Shown here one piece after another: positions 1 to 12,241 of a stretch of DNA of 64,000 bases. The translations under genes were made by a program, and so were the position numbers. The notes beneath the pieces are model-generated. The model was not told the DNA's origin. It did no database searches and saw nothing but the letters and a program-made list of their open reading frames with translations. The stretch spans positions 8,990,001-9,054,000 of the forward strand of contig OX597830.1 in NCBI GenBank assembly GCA_951406725.2, read 5' to 3'. This DNA is from Octopus vulgaris (Eukaryota). Positions within the stretch are counted from its first letter, which is position 1; each line of letters opens with the position of its first letter.

Positions 1-149
1 CATCTTCTCTCTCTCTCTCTCTCTCTCCCTCCCTCTCTCTCACTTCTCTTCTCTGTCTCCCTCCCTCCCTCTCACTTCCCTTCTCTATCTCTCTTCCTCA
101 CCCCTGCCGCCGTCACCACCACCATGGGCAACCCATAGCCCATGGGACT

Positions 150-530
150 TTTCGCTTTTACTTGTTTCTGTCATTAAACCGTGGCCATGCTGGGGCACCG
201 CCTACAAGAATTTTAGTCAAACAAATTGACCCCAGTACTAATGTTTTAAGCCTGGCACCCATTCTATTGGTCTTCTTTGCTGAACCACTAAGTTATAGGG
301 ACACACCAACACCGGCTGTCAGGTAGTGATGAGAGACTAACTTAAACACAAAGATACCCACACAAACACACACACACATATATGGCAGGCTTCTTTTAGT
401 TTCCATCTACCAAATCCACTCCCAAGGCTTTGGTCGGTCCGAGGTTATAGTAGAAGACACTTGCCCAAGGTGCCATGCAGTGGAACTGAACCCAGAACCA
501 TGTGGTTGGGAAGCAAGCTTTTTACCGAAC
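150..530 (-). mobile_element. SINE family A copy (tRNA-like head, CCTTGGGCAAGTGTCTT core, internal CA/TA microsatellite)
   Basis: Matches about 25 other copies in the window, e.g. 12653-13080(-), 24342-24767(-), 59831-60240(+). Shared motifs are GGCACCTTGGGCAAGTGTCTTCTACTATAGCC and GTGAGTGGATTTGGTAGACGGAAACTGAAAGAAGCC. Confidence 0.85.
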
Positions 531-620
531 AGGCATCAATTTTTCTGAACAATGAATTACCTTTAATTGTCTTTGTAGTGCACTCCACACCTGAGCTATA
601 TGGTCTGTCAACTCCCTGAA

Positions 621-993
621 CTAGAAACAACAGCCAAATCTCTCTCTCTCACACCACACCATAATGTCTTAGTAATAAGACACACTGGATATATTATGCC
701 AGAAAGCAGTCAGGATGGTCATGGCTAGATTATAGGCGTGTTCAGTGAAAGCTAAACTGGAGTTAAACAACATTGCAAACAACAGCAACAACAATAGAAA
801 GCTAGGAAGGGAACATTTAGATGGTTGCCCAGATTGCTAGAAATAGCAGCCAAGTCACCTTCAAAATCATATTCTATGGGATATATAGGATATATACAAC
901 TCTGATGTATTCATAGGTGTGATGGTCATATCCATCTGGAGTGTATTTGATCAATGTTCTGCTGGGCTAGAGCTGCCTAGGGCTACACAACAA
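621..993 (+). repeat. Two adjacent copies of dispersed repeat family F (CTAGAAATAGCAGCCAAATC... ending in a CAA-rich tail)
   Basis: The same motif recurs at about 22697-22868, 25108-25262, 28995-29160 and 59530-59710. Probably an old SINE or LINE 3' end. Confidence 0.6.
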
Positions 994-1431
994 CATCGAC
1001 ATTATTGTCACAGTTATCCTCATCATAATCATTATCATCACCATCACTATCAGCATCATTATGATCAATATCATCATCACTGTCATCATCTCCATCAACA
1101 TCATCATCACCAGACTTGCCATTATCGTCATCATCATCGACTAACACCACCGTGACTAACCTAACTCAAAGACCACTACTACCACCACCACCACCACCGC
1201 CATCATTGCTACTACAACTCCCACTACTAACACTACTATTACCACGACCACCACCACCACAACCATCACTACTACTACTACTACTACCACCACTACTGTT
1301 ATGACTGACACCAAAGTGCAGCTACCACTAACTGCAGTATCAATATGCACAGAAATATGCATATTGCAGCTTATGCACTGGAAAACACTTTTTTTTTTAA
1401 TTAGAGATAAAAGATATCTGAACAATAGAAT

Positions 1432-1445
1432 GTTACCATGGATAC
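1432..1445. promoter_or_regulatory. RFX X-box-like palindrome GTTACCATGGATAC
   Basis: The reverse complement GTATCCATGGTAAC fits the 14-bp X-box consensus, and the site lies in non-repeat sequence. Confidence 0.4.
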
Positions 1446-1544
1446 AGAGAAAATCAATTTTCAAAGATTTTGGTGAATTTCACAGAAAAATTTACATATT
1501 CTAATGGATGTGTACGCATATATATATATATATATATATATATC

Positions 1545-1900
1545 TTTTAAGTTTTATTTGCTTCTGTCATTGGACTGTGGTCAGGCTGGGGCATCAGCTT
1601 GAAGGGTTTTGGTCAAACCAATTAACCATGGAATTTATTCTATTGTTATCCTTTGCCAAACTGCTAAGTTATTGGGATGTAGACAACCAACACTGGTTGT
1701 CAAGCAATAATAGGGGACAAACACACACACATATGTATATACACATGAAGGGCTTCAACACAGTTTCTATCTATCACATGTCATCACAAGGCATTGGTCA
1801 GCCTGGAGCTGTAGTAGACAGTTGGCCAAAGTGGCATACAGTGGGACTGAACCTAAAACCATGTGAGTGCAAAACAACCTTCTTAACCACACAGCCATGC
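1545..1900 (-). mobile_element. SINE family A copy (diverged)
   Basis: Family A motifs on the minus strand. Confidence 0.75.
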
Positions 1901-2509
1901 CTATATACATGTACATATAGATATGTATATGTGTATGTGTGTGTATACATTTATGAATGTATGTATATATACATTTATGTATGTATGCATGATTTCCTTT
2001 TAGCCTCTTTATATTAATCTTAATCCCTTTTTCTATGGTATCCTTGATCTTCAGCCTTCCATAGGTTCCATTCACTTGGAACACTTAGCTTTTCTTTATG
2101 CAGCTGCTATTTACAGCCCTAAACCAGCACAGTCTTCTTTCTTAGAGACTGCATCTGATTTCTTTCCGATCTAAATGTTTTGGCTGTTGAATAAGAATGC
2201 ATGGGGGAGAGAAGCCTACCTTAAGCGGACCCAACAGAAAGACCAGCCATTGAAGATCAGAAGTGTTGTCAAAAAGAGATCTCGTAGCTATGATGGCAGA
2301 GACGAGGAGCCTGAGCATCAGAGACAGTCACTTGAGATGCTGACAATAACTGGTGAAGCAGGTTACATGTTATTCGCTTGCAGGATTTCTCATGTCATAA
2401 CAAATGAATCGTATCAATATTATTGTCAAATGCTACATGGGCAAATGAGATATGCACCTGAGAGAGAGAGAGAGGGAGAAAGAGAAAGAGAGAGAGAGGG
2501 AGAAAGAGA

Positions 2510-2750
2510 GAACCTCAAATTAATGGAACAGGCTATGACTTACATAAAAGGTTATGGCACATCAGATAACAAAGACAATTAACCTTGTTATGATACAGCT
2601 TTGTGCCAAGATGGGGTACTACTTACGTTCCCTCCCAAGTGAGACAACTTCAGGAAAAGTTACTTAGCATGGAGTAAGTCTCTATATTTAGCATTCATCA
2701 ATGTAGAGAAGGCCTCTGACAGGGTAAAAAGAGTGGCCTCTGTGGGACAT
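2510..2750 (+). pseudogene. Decayed RTE-clade LINE reverse transcriptase fragment
   Basis: Broken frames read LKLMEQAM...FVPRWGTT...VRQLQEK.LAWSKSLYLAFINVEKASDRV, matching the RT motif FVPGRGTTDAIF.VRQLQEK...LYLAFVDLEKAFDRV. Confidence 0.8.
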
Positions 2751-3269
2751 AGAAAAAAATGTGGAGCAGATTTTTGGTTGTGAGAACAGCTGAATGGTGC
2801 CAAATTTTCGGCATCATTCAGCAATGTGATTCATCTACGCCATTTTGCGAGAAAACAAAATGACTTTTGTAAATATCCAACTCTAGATATGAAGTTTATA
2901 GTGTTTGTTTGTTTTATGTCTGTTTTTCCATGCTAGCATGGGTTAGAAAGATATAAGCTATTAAGGTACGGTGTTTTGCAGCTTGATGCTCTTGCTGTCA
3001 CTAACCCTTACCTTTCCATCAAGCAAGAGAGTTTTCATTCCATTCATTTTCAACGGTTAAAGGGTTCGCAGACAATCTATTAACAAAGAAATTGCATCAA
3101 ATTACCCCAACCATAGCTCAGCCCTTATTCATGTGAAGCACAGATTCTTGTACCGTTGATAAAACAAGTACCAATCAAGTACTGGGGTCAATGAAATCAT
3201 CTTCCCCTCTCCCTTAAAAAACAGCTGGCACTGAGCCAGATCTGAACCCCTTATTTATTCTGGTTCTGA

Positions 3270-3490
3270 AAGTGGCTACCTGGCAAAATTGGTAATAATT
3301 TGGATAAAATGCTTAGTCGTATCTCTTCCATTTCTGTACGTTCTGAGTTCAAATTCCACCGAGGTTGACCTTGCGTTTGCTTCCAGTTTCCAAAGGCAGT
3401 AAAATAACTAGCAGTTTCAGCACAGGGGTTGATGCTATTGCTTTCCCCCTCCCCTCAAAATTCCAAGCCTTGAGCTAAAATTAGAAACAA
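3270..3490 (+). mobile_element. SINE family B copy (MetaSINE-like core), diverged
   Basis: Contains GTTCTGAGTTCAAATTCC (B-box-like) and a GAGGTTGAC core shared with 63253-63482. Confidence 0.7.
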
Positions 3491-5249
3491 TTATTTGTTT
3501 AGGACCTCTATATTCAGAGTTCAGATCCCATTCATGTCAAGTTTTCCTTTCATCTGTTCTAGGATCAATAAAGAACAAACCAAATACTCGGATTTATTCT
3601 TCTGTGTCTCTCTGATCCAGCTACAATGCTCTGTAAGAAGGGGTCAAGGGAGACCACACACTGTGAGCCCTTATCTCCAGAAATGTAGAGAGCAGGGGAG
3701 TTGAATGAGAGGTTAGCAATGTTTTTTACCACAGAAAAATGGAAATGCTGTGTTGTTGCTAGAATCACTCACAGATATACCAGTGTGCAGTAATACCAGC
3801 GTGAAATGATAAAAAATATGCTGTGTCTATATATATATATATAGTGTGTGTATGTGTATTCCATCTTCCATTTACCATATATAGATATACACACACACTA
3901 AAATTATATGTATCTATGTATGCATGCATGCATATGTGTCCATGTATTTAAGTGTTATACACACACACACACACACATTTATATATATATATATATACAT
4001 ATGTGTGTGTATATGTATATATATATAGAGAGAGAGAAAGAGAGAGATGGATGAATATATATATATATGTATTTATGTAATAATATATATATATATTGTG
4101 GATATATGTGTGCATATATGTGTATGCATGTTTGTAATTAATATGTGAATATGTGTGCATATATATGTGTGTATGTGTGTGTGTATATATATATATGTAA
4201 TACATATATATTGTGAATGTGTGTATATATATATGTGTGTGTGTGTATGTATGTATATATCATGCACTATGTGAGTACCTTGGCACTGACCTCCACCTTC
4301 CCCTCTCTCTTCGCCACATGCACCCACCCCCACATAGACCTTACCTTACATAAATGGTTACAGTGGCTGATGTTATATAAACAACCAGCATATACTGGCT
4401 TTACTCTACCGGCAGTACGTGACATTCAACAACAACAACAAGAAAAGAAACAAACAAAATAGCAAGATATAAACGGAAAACAACCACCACCACCACTGCC
4501 GCCAATACCGGCACCACCACCACCACCATGATCAAGATAATATCACATCAAAGACCAACTGGAGAGCTGCTCTGTGCATTAACTGCACACATTGCTAATG
4601 CAATGTGTGCAGCGTTGTTCCAGTGAACAGAGATGAAATGATGCACTTGGGAAGGAATGGAGAGGGAGGAGGAGGAGGGGGAAAGAGGAGAAGGAAGAGG
4701 AGAAAGGTGAGTGCAGTTTGTTGTTGGCAACAATAGCAACTGCACCATTGATGTGCACTTTGTGTTCTCTTTGGTGCGCAGTTAATATGCATGTGTGCAC
4801 TTATATATTCATATATAAACGCACACATGCATATATATATACATGTGTATCTGTGTGTATATATACGTGTGTGTGCTTATATACACACATACATATATAT
4901 ACACGTGGGTGTGTGTGTGTGTGTGTCTATGTGAGTGTGTGTATATATATATATATATATGTATGTATATATGTATATATATATGTACACACATATATAC
5001 TATACATATATATGTATATATATATATCTATATACACGCATTTATATGAATGTATGGATGTATATGGGGATACATGTTTTTACGTACGAATACACACAAA
5101 CATGACTAGGAAGGTAGGTGTACGGAGGTATGTTGATTGCATGTATATCTATAGATAGCTACATACCTGTAATCAGAAATGCAAGTAAATGCATGTTCAT
5201 AGTTTCAAGATATACTATGACACACAAACAGATATGCACACGAAGATAA

Positions 5250-5286
<37 letters not shown>

Positions 5287-5530
5287 AAATCCATAACAGT
5301 GGACAAAACAGATGGATGGTGATGTAGGCATAGCCATATGGTTACCAAGTTAGTTTCACAATCACGATTCCATGTTTGATCTCGCAGTGCAGCACCATGA
5401 GGAGGTGTCTTGCAAACGGAATCAGTAGACAGAAACTGTGCCCAGCCCGTATAGCAAGAAATCCATTCCTGCCACTTCTTGCATAATTTAAGCTCTCTAT
5501 ACCAAACATTCAAACCCTGTACTCTACTGT

Positions 5531-5860
5531 GAGGGCACATGGTTCAGTTGTTAGAGCGTTGGGCTTGCAATCATGAGTTGGTGAGTTCGATTCTTGGACC
5601 AGTTGTGTTCTTGAGCAAGGCACTTTATTTCACATTGCTCCACGTCACTCATCTGTAGAAATGAATTATGATGTCACTGGTGCCAAGCTGTATTAGTTTT
5701 TGCCTTTCCCTAAGATAGCATTAGTGGCATGGAGAGGAGAGTCTGGTATGTACGGGTGACTACTGGTCTTCCATAATTAACCTTGCCTGGACTTGTGCCT
5801 CAGAGGGCAACTTTCTAGGCACAATCCCATGGTCATTCATGACCGAAGAGGGTCCTCTTT
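5531..5860 (+). mobile_element. SINE family C copy (tRNA-derived head, GTGTTCTTGAGCAAG core)
   Basis: A-box-like TGGTTCAGTTG and B-box GAGTTCGATTC. Colinear with 43894-44205 and 63702-63996. Confidence 0.85.
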
Positions 5861-6276
5861 CCGCTACTATAGTCTACTTAACAGAGGAGAATCTTAGTAT
5901 TGTGTGCTACATGGCAACCTCACTAGTCCAGGTGCCATAAAAAAAATGCACCCTGTGCATTCTGTAAAGTGGTTGGTATCAGGAAGGACATCCAACCAAA
6001 GAACCGATGCCAAAGCAGATATTGCAGCACAGTTCAGTCCTCCAACCCATTGGATTCCATCGAATTATTGTTTTAATGTCCTCTTTTCTGTGCTTGCACA
6101 GGTCAGACAGAACTTGTTGAGACAGAGTTTTTACATCAGGATGCCCTTCCTGTCACCAACACCTCACTTGTTTCCAAGCCAGGTAATATTTCCCCAAGCC
6201 CAGACAGATTAATTTTCCACAAAAGACTGGAAACATACAGCATCACTTATGTGACAATGATGCTTGTTTGCAACCT

Positions 6277-7488
6277 TTTTTAAAATTGAATGAAATTTAA
6301 TTGTATTTTAGAATGTCTAATGGAATTAAAAATTATTTTTATGCATTTCTGTACATTTAAAGTAATTAATTATCATTTTGCAGAATAATAAAATTAAAAT
6401 TTCTTTGATTAAAACCCTTTCTAACATGGAAGTATCCAAAGCGTATTTGAGGCACATAATGCTTTGAGTACAAAAAAAGGAAACTCTGCAGTTTATGGGA
6501 AAGAATGCTTGAATGAAAGAACTTGCAGAAGATGGTTTGCAAAATTCAGAAGTGGAGATGTCAGCCTTGAAGATGAAGATTGAACAGGACGTCCAGATGA
6601 GTTTGATGATAAGCTCCTTGAAGCATTACTTGAAGAAAATCCTGCATTATCAGTTGAAGAATTGGCAATAAAGCTTCGTTCAAATCATACAACTGTTCAT
6701 TGTCAACTTCAACAACTTGGAAAGGTTCCTAAGCTTGGAAAATGGGTGCCTCATGAATTGTCCGAAAGCAACCACAAATCCCGAGTTGACATCTGCTCTT
6801 CTCTCCATTCTTGCAAACTCACTTCACCCATTTTGGATCGACTTGTGAAAAAATGGAACTTCTATCGAAATGTCAAACGTAAACAGTGGATTTGTAAAAG
6901 GGAAAAAGTTCGATCACAATCAAGAAGGGAACTTCATGGTAAAAAGGTTCTCTCTATCTGGTGGGATTGCAAAGGAATAATTCACTTTGAATTGTTACCA
7001 TCTAATGCAACAATCAATGCTCAAGTCTACTGTCAGCAATTAGAGTGTTTGAACCAAGCTTTGAAAAAAAAAGACCTGCTTTTGTGAATCGAAAAGGAGT
7101 GATGTTTCACCAGGATAATGCGCGACCCCACACTGCAAAGATCACATCACAGAAGATCGAAAAGCTTGTTTGGGAAAAAAATTCCTCATCCACCTTATTC
7201 TCCCAATCTTGCTCCTTTAGTCTACCATTTGTTTCGTAGATTACAGAATCATTTGGGGGACATAACTTTTGCAAGCCAGGAGGCGGTCGAAACTGATATT
7301 TCAGAGTTCTTTGCTTTGAAACCAGAAGAGTTTTACATTGATGGGATTAAAAAGTTTGTAAATAGATGGAAGGAAGTCATAGATAATCAGGGAAAGTACA
7401 TTGATGATTAAATTTCAATTAAATATAACATTTGATCACTTGTTTTCTTTATTAAAAATTCAGACAGAACTTATGGGATGACCTGATA
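6277..7488 (+). mobile_element. mariner (DD34D-type) DNA transposon, left end missing
   Basis: Contains the transposase pseudogene. The 3' end ...GACAGAACTTATGGGATGACCTGA-TA looks like a TIR plus TA target, but no matching left TIR is visible. Confidence 0.85.
6426..7411 (+). pseudogene. mariner transposase pseudogene
   Basis: ATG at 6426 (MEVSKAYLRHIML). Motifs WVPHEL, LSIWWDCKGIIHFELLP, FHQDNARPH and PHPPYSPNLAP are spread over ORFs 6662-7087, 7045-7239 and 7118-7411. Frameshifts and stops are present, the TGDE first catalytic Asp is deleted, and the third Asp is mutated (LVYHLF). Confidence 0.93.
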
Positions 7489-7504
7489 CATAGGTACATA
7501 CAAA

Positions 7505-7689
7505 TGAAAGTATGCTGAAAAGCTGTTGGCTTTGGGTAAAAAAGAATCAGTTAATTATGATTTTATTCAACATATTCATTAAAGCAGTCCTTCAATTTTT
7601 CTAAGCCCTGTAAAAGAACTAAGGTTGGGCCTCCAACCAGACCTTTTGTGATACTCTTAAAGCCAGGAACTTTTCAGCAACCCCTCTTA
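7505..7689. mobile_element. mariner-type MITE
   Basis: Imperfect TIRs GCTGAAAAGCTGTTGGCTTT / AAAGCCAGGAACTTTTCAGC. A second family member lies at about 40350-40538. Confidence 0.65.
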
Positions 7690-7889
7690 TGTCCTGTCAC
7701 TACTAATGGGACCAGCACCTATACACTGCAGACACTGCTCTACATCTACACTACAACATATACTGTAACACCAATAGAACTACCGCCTACACGGACCATA
7801 TGTACTATCACCACTAATGGAACTATGACCTATACTATAGAGATACCGATATTTATCTGTGCTACAACAGGTGGGAGTGTGGCATAGAC

Positions 7890-8139
7890 ACAGGTGTGGC
7901 AGTGTGGTAACAGGTTTGCTTCTCAACTATATGTTCTGGGTTCAATCCCACATCATGGCAGCCTGCATAAGAGTCTTTTAATGTAACCCCAGGCTGAGCA
8001 AAGCCTTGTGAGTAGATTTAGGAAATGGAAGCTAAAAGAGGCCCATCACATTCATCACATGTCTGTACGTATGCATGTGTGTGTGTGTGTGTGTGCCTGT
8101 GTGTGCCTGTGTTTATATGTATGCATGTGTGTGTATGTA

Positions 8140-8180
<41 letters not shown>

Positions 8181-8455
8181 GTGTGTGTGTGTGTGTGTGC
8201 ATTCCTGTCTCCCTGCTCTGGAATAGCATCATAGTTGTAAATGAGTAACACCGTCATACAAATGGTGTCGTCGGTCTCCAGTCTTCTGTGAAAAACATGT
8301 CTGGTCATGGAAAGATATTATCTTTACCTGACAACAGGTTAGTGTTGGTGACAGGAAAGGCACCCAACCAGAGTAAAATCTTCCTTCACAAATTCCATCC
8401 AACACATGCAAGCATAGAAAAGTGGAAGTCAAAACAATGATGGTGATGATGATGA
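7890..8455 (+). mobile_element. SINE family A head with alternative RTE-like tail
   Basis: Family A head and (TG)n, then a tail ending CATGCAAGCATAGAAAAGTGGAAGTCAAAACAATGATG. A similar layout occurs at 14508-14850 and 55740-56050. Confidence 0.7.
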
Positions 8456-9237
8456 CAACCACATACGCTGCAGATGTTACAGTACATCTACACTACCACA
8501 TATACTGCATCATATGTGTCATCACCACCGATAGAGCTATGATATATACTATATACACCACTACACCAGTTTTACTACTACTACCTATGCTATAAACACC
8601 ACTCTGCCATCAAGCTATCACCTATAAATACAACCATCACCCATGGCACTACATGTACTACCACTCTGATGACACCTATACTATCATCACTAACCTTAAT
8701 GCTATCATTACTATATATACAACATCAAACTACCACCTATACTGCTACACCACTACCACCCATACCATAAATCTCACTATCATCACCACCACCATCTCCA
8801 CTACAACCAACACCATCACCACCACCACAACCACCACCACAACCACAGATAAACAACATCAATTCTGCCACCACAGAAGAATAAAAACGGTTTTGAAGAT
8901 GTCTGTGATTTCAAAGATGAAGATATCAACAACAACAACATCAATGGCCACAGCAACGTTGATAACAAGAACAACATAAACGAAATTGAAATTCAAAGTT
9001 ATAAACACGGAATTTAAAACTGAAACATCAAACAACATCAAGAAGAAGAAGAACAACAACAAGAACTGAAATTTAAAGAAATAAAAATGAATCCATTTAC
9101 AGTGAGATACTAACGTATATAGGTATGTGTGTATATGTGTGTGTGTGTGTGTGTATATATATATTTATGTGTGTGTGTGTGAGTATATAATATATACAAA
9201 TATGTGTGTGTGTGAGTATAATATATACATATATAGA

Positions 9238-9273
<36 letters not shown>

Positions 9274-9443
9274 AATATATGTGTGCGTGTGTGTGAGTAT
9301 ATAATATATAAATATATATGTGTGTATGCATATATATATATATATATACAGAGAGAGAGAGACAGACAGAAAGACAGAGGCATATTTGTACATATATACA
9401 TGTATATACATACATTATATATATACACACACACACATGCATG

Positions 9444-9482
<39 letters not shown>

Positions 9483-10685
9483 CATATATATACATATGCA
9501 TACATATAAATATATACATACATATATATGCATATACACATTTATACATGCATACACACACACACGTATGTTGATGTATGTTTGTATACACATGTTAAAA
9601 ATCCTCCAAATATTAACCTTCCCCCTACACATACATATACGCACACACACTTTTATATATATACACACACACAAACACACATACAGTGAGCCATGACTGC
9701 ACCCCACTACCACAGCTCACCCCTGGGGACATTGGACTGGAAGGGCTGCTGGTGTGCAGAGGCAGTGAAGTGAACCGAAACTAAGATAAAAGGCATGGAA
9801 GGGGTGGCGGGTGGGGGGTTGGTTTGTAAGCTATGTATTACATGTACCCCCTCTCTCCACGGCCACCACCACCATCCCCCTCACCGTTTTTAAAATACTA
9901 CCTCTCCCCACCCCTCAACACACACACTCACACACACCGACCTCTAACCATACAGATGTACTCATATTTCTTCTACAGAGTGAGAGAGAGAGAGAGAGAA
10001 AGAAAGAGAGAAAGAGAAAGAAAGAGAAGGAAAGAGAGAGAGAAAGATGTGATATTAAACATATTTTTACATGTATATAGACTTATTGTACACACACCTC
10101 CCCCTCTCTCTCTATATATATATATATACATACATGTATAAATACATATATACCATATACATACATATATACATACACATACACACACACATATATAGAA
10201 ATAGACACACACATTTACATGTATGCACATGTATATAAGTTTATACATGTGTATGTCTTCTCTTATATGTTATACGTGCATATATATGTGTGTTTGTGTG
10301 TGTGAGAGAAAGAGAGAGAGAGAGAGGAGTGGGGAGAGAGAGACAGAAGAGGAGAGGGAGAGAGAGAGAGAGTGAGAGAGAGATAACCTCTCTTCTGAAG
10401 ATTTAAATATGCAGATGTGATGTGGCGGATGTGGTATGGGTAGGTGGGTGGGTGGTTGTCGTTGTTGTTGTTGTTAGATAGAGGGTAACAATCTGGGTAA
10501 AGTAGCAGAGGTGGAAGTGGCGGAGAAGCAGAGGAGGGGGGGGGGGCAGCGTTACCAAAATGTGATGAAGGCAAAGACAAAGAAGTCTGAGACAGCCTGA
10601 AGACACCAGACAGAAGGAAGACAAAGGAAGAGAAGGAGAAATAGTAGTAAGAGGTATTGTTGGAGAGAGAGAGCGAGAAAGAGAG

Positions 10686-10727
<42 letters not shown>

Positions 10728-10989
10728 TGAAAACAAGTGAAGAAAGAAAGAATTAAATCTCTAATGAGGAAGGTGGAGGAAGATGATGAGGAAGAGGATA
10801 TGGGAAATGTGATGGAATGTCTAACTGGTTTGACATGACAGATCTGAGTGGAATTGGTAAAATAAAGCCATCATCATCTACATGTAATATATTAGGGTAG
10901 AGGACCGATTTTGCTATATATATATATATATATATATGCATGTATACATACATGTACATACCTACATATATATGTATATACACATGCAT

Positions 10990-11330
10990 ATATGGGTACA
11001 GGACATCAAAAAATGAGAACATGAAAGACAAAAACATGGAAAACGAACTTATTTTTTTTCGAACAACAAAAGAAACCAATAGAGAAACGAGGCAGGGAAC
11101 ATAATGAACAATCCCTTCATCAGTTGTCCCCTGTTTTATCTACTCCACATTTTGAACGTTAGGACAGGATGTGTCTTCATCAAAACAGTCATTCTTGCAA
11201 AGCAAATTAAATAAAATTTGGGACTTGTGGAGGGTTAAAGTAGTAACAAAAACAGGACGGTGAGAACAAAACAGTAAAAACAAATGGTGAGGGCCGTTAA
11301 GCCATAACGAGGTAAAGAGGTGAACGCTAT
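10990..11330 (-). mobile_element. Penelope-like UTR/pLTR remnant
   Basis: Shares GGAGTAGAT.AAACAGGG.ACAACTGATGAAGGG with 40820-41000(+). Carries degenerate CTGATGA motifs and sits next to (TA)n. Confidence 0.5.
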
Positions 11331-11477
11331 AGTTTATAGCCATTTAAAAGAGGAAAAGAAACTGGGGATTAGGAGGTTATCTGTTTATTATTAACAGCAG
11401 ATTGGTCATCTTCACTTCTTACAGCTGTTTCAGTTAGTACTTAATCTAATAAGCGAGGATGACCAATTTGTTGTTAA

Positions 11478-11992
11478 TCTATATATATATAAAACTCTAG
11501 TTGTGTGAGTGTCTGTCCCCTTCGATTTAGATTCCTAACTCCTCCCACATTTTGCGGTGCAGTTTAACCAAATTCGGGTATCTTATAGTCGTAATTCATA
11601 TCGAGCCCGTCTGAGTATTAGCGCGCGTCTACGATGAGTCTACGATTTTAAAAATAATTTAACATCATTTTTTATTCCATTTTAATGCATAATCTTTCGT
11701 GTGTCGATGGCGGTGGAGTTGGCATCCATGGTCACACCTGCACCTGTTTGCTTCTCCCCCTTCTTCCCTCCCTCGTGAAGCTGTGGGGAAGGGAGTGTAA
11801 GGAAATCAACGTCGTAAAGCGTTGTCAAGGAGACCAGCGTTCTTTTAGAACAACGACTTCATGGCTTGAAGACACCAAAACAGAAATGGCTAAGAAAGCC
11901 CGAATTGGCATCTATAAGGGAAGTAACTCTCTAAAAATGCTTATATAGTTATTTCCCTTACAAACCCGAGCAACGCCGGGCGATACTGCTAG
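11478..11992 (+). mobile_element. Non-autonomous Helitron
   Basis: 5' TCTATATATAT, 3' hairpin CCCG-AGCAACGC-CGGG followed by CTAG. Inserted between A and T with no TSD. CpG-rich relative to the flanks. Confidence 0.85.
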
Positions 11993-12195
11993 TAATAAAT
12001 AATTGGTAACTTCCTAATCTCCATTTTTTTTTCTTCGTTTAAATGAGTATAAACTATATGCTAAATATATATCTATGGTTTTGAAGGGAATTTCATTCCT
12101 CGACAATATTAGGTATTGAACCAGTATTTCCTTGGATGAAACCATCCATCCATGAGGTTAACACCATGAGAACCCCTGGTTCAAAATTTTCCCAA

Positions 12196-12241
12196 GACAC
12201 CTGATGAAGGCTGGAGGGTATATCAGCCGAAATGTTGTGTT
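12196..12241 (+). ncRNA. Minimal type-I hammerhead ribozyme motif (Penelope-type), one core-adjacent substitution
   Basis: GACAC-CTGATGA-A-GGCTG(gagggtatat)CAGCC-GAAA-T-GTT-GTGTT. Stem I, stem II and the core are intact; the expected GAAAC reads GAAAT. Confidence 0.7.

Noticed and set aside
5905-5918. X-box-like GCTACATGGCAAC
   Set aside because: It lies at the start of a family E repeat copy, and the left half-site is poor.
6426-7411. Possible active or domesticated mariner transposase
   Set aside because: Multiple frameshifts and stops, loss of two catalytic Asp residues, and no left TIR.
9097-9713. Long overlapping ORFs rich in YI/CV/HT (also near 4000-5150, 23260-23990, 33300-33880, 57440-57840)
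   Set aside because: They are translations of (TA)n, (TG)n and (CA)n microsatellites.
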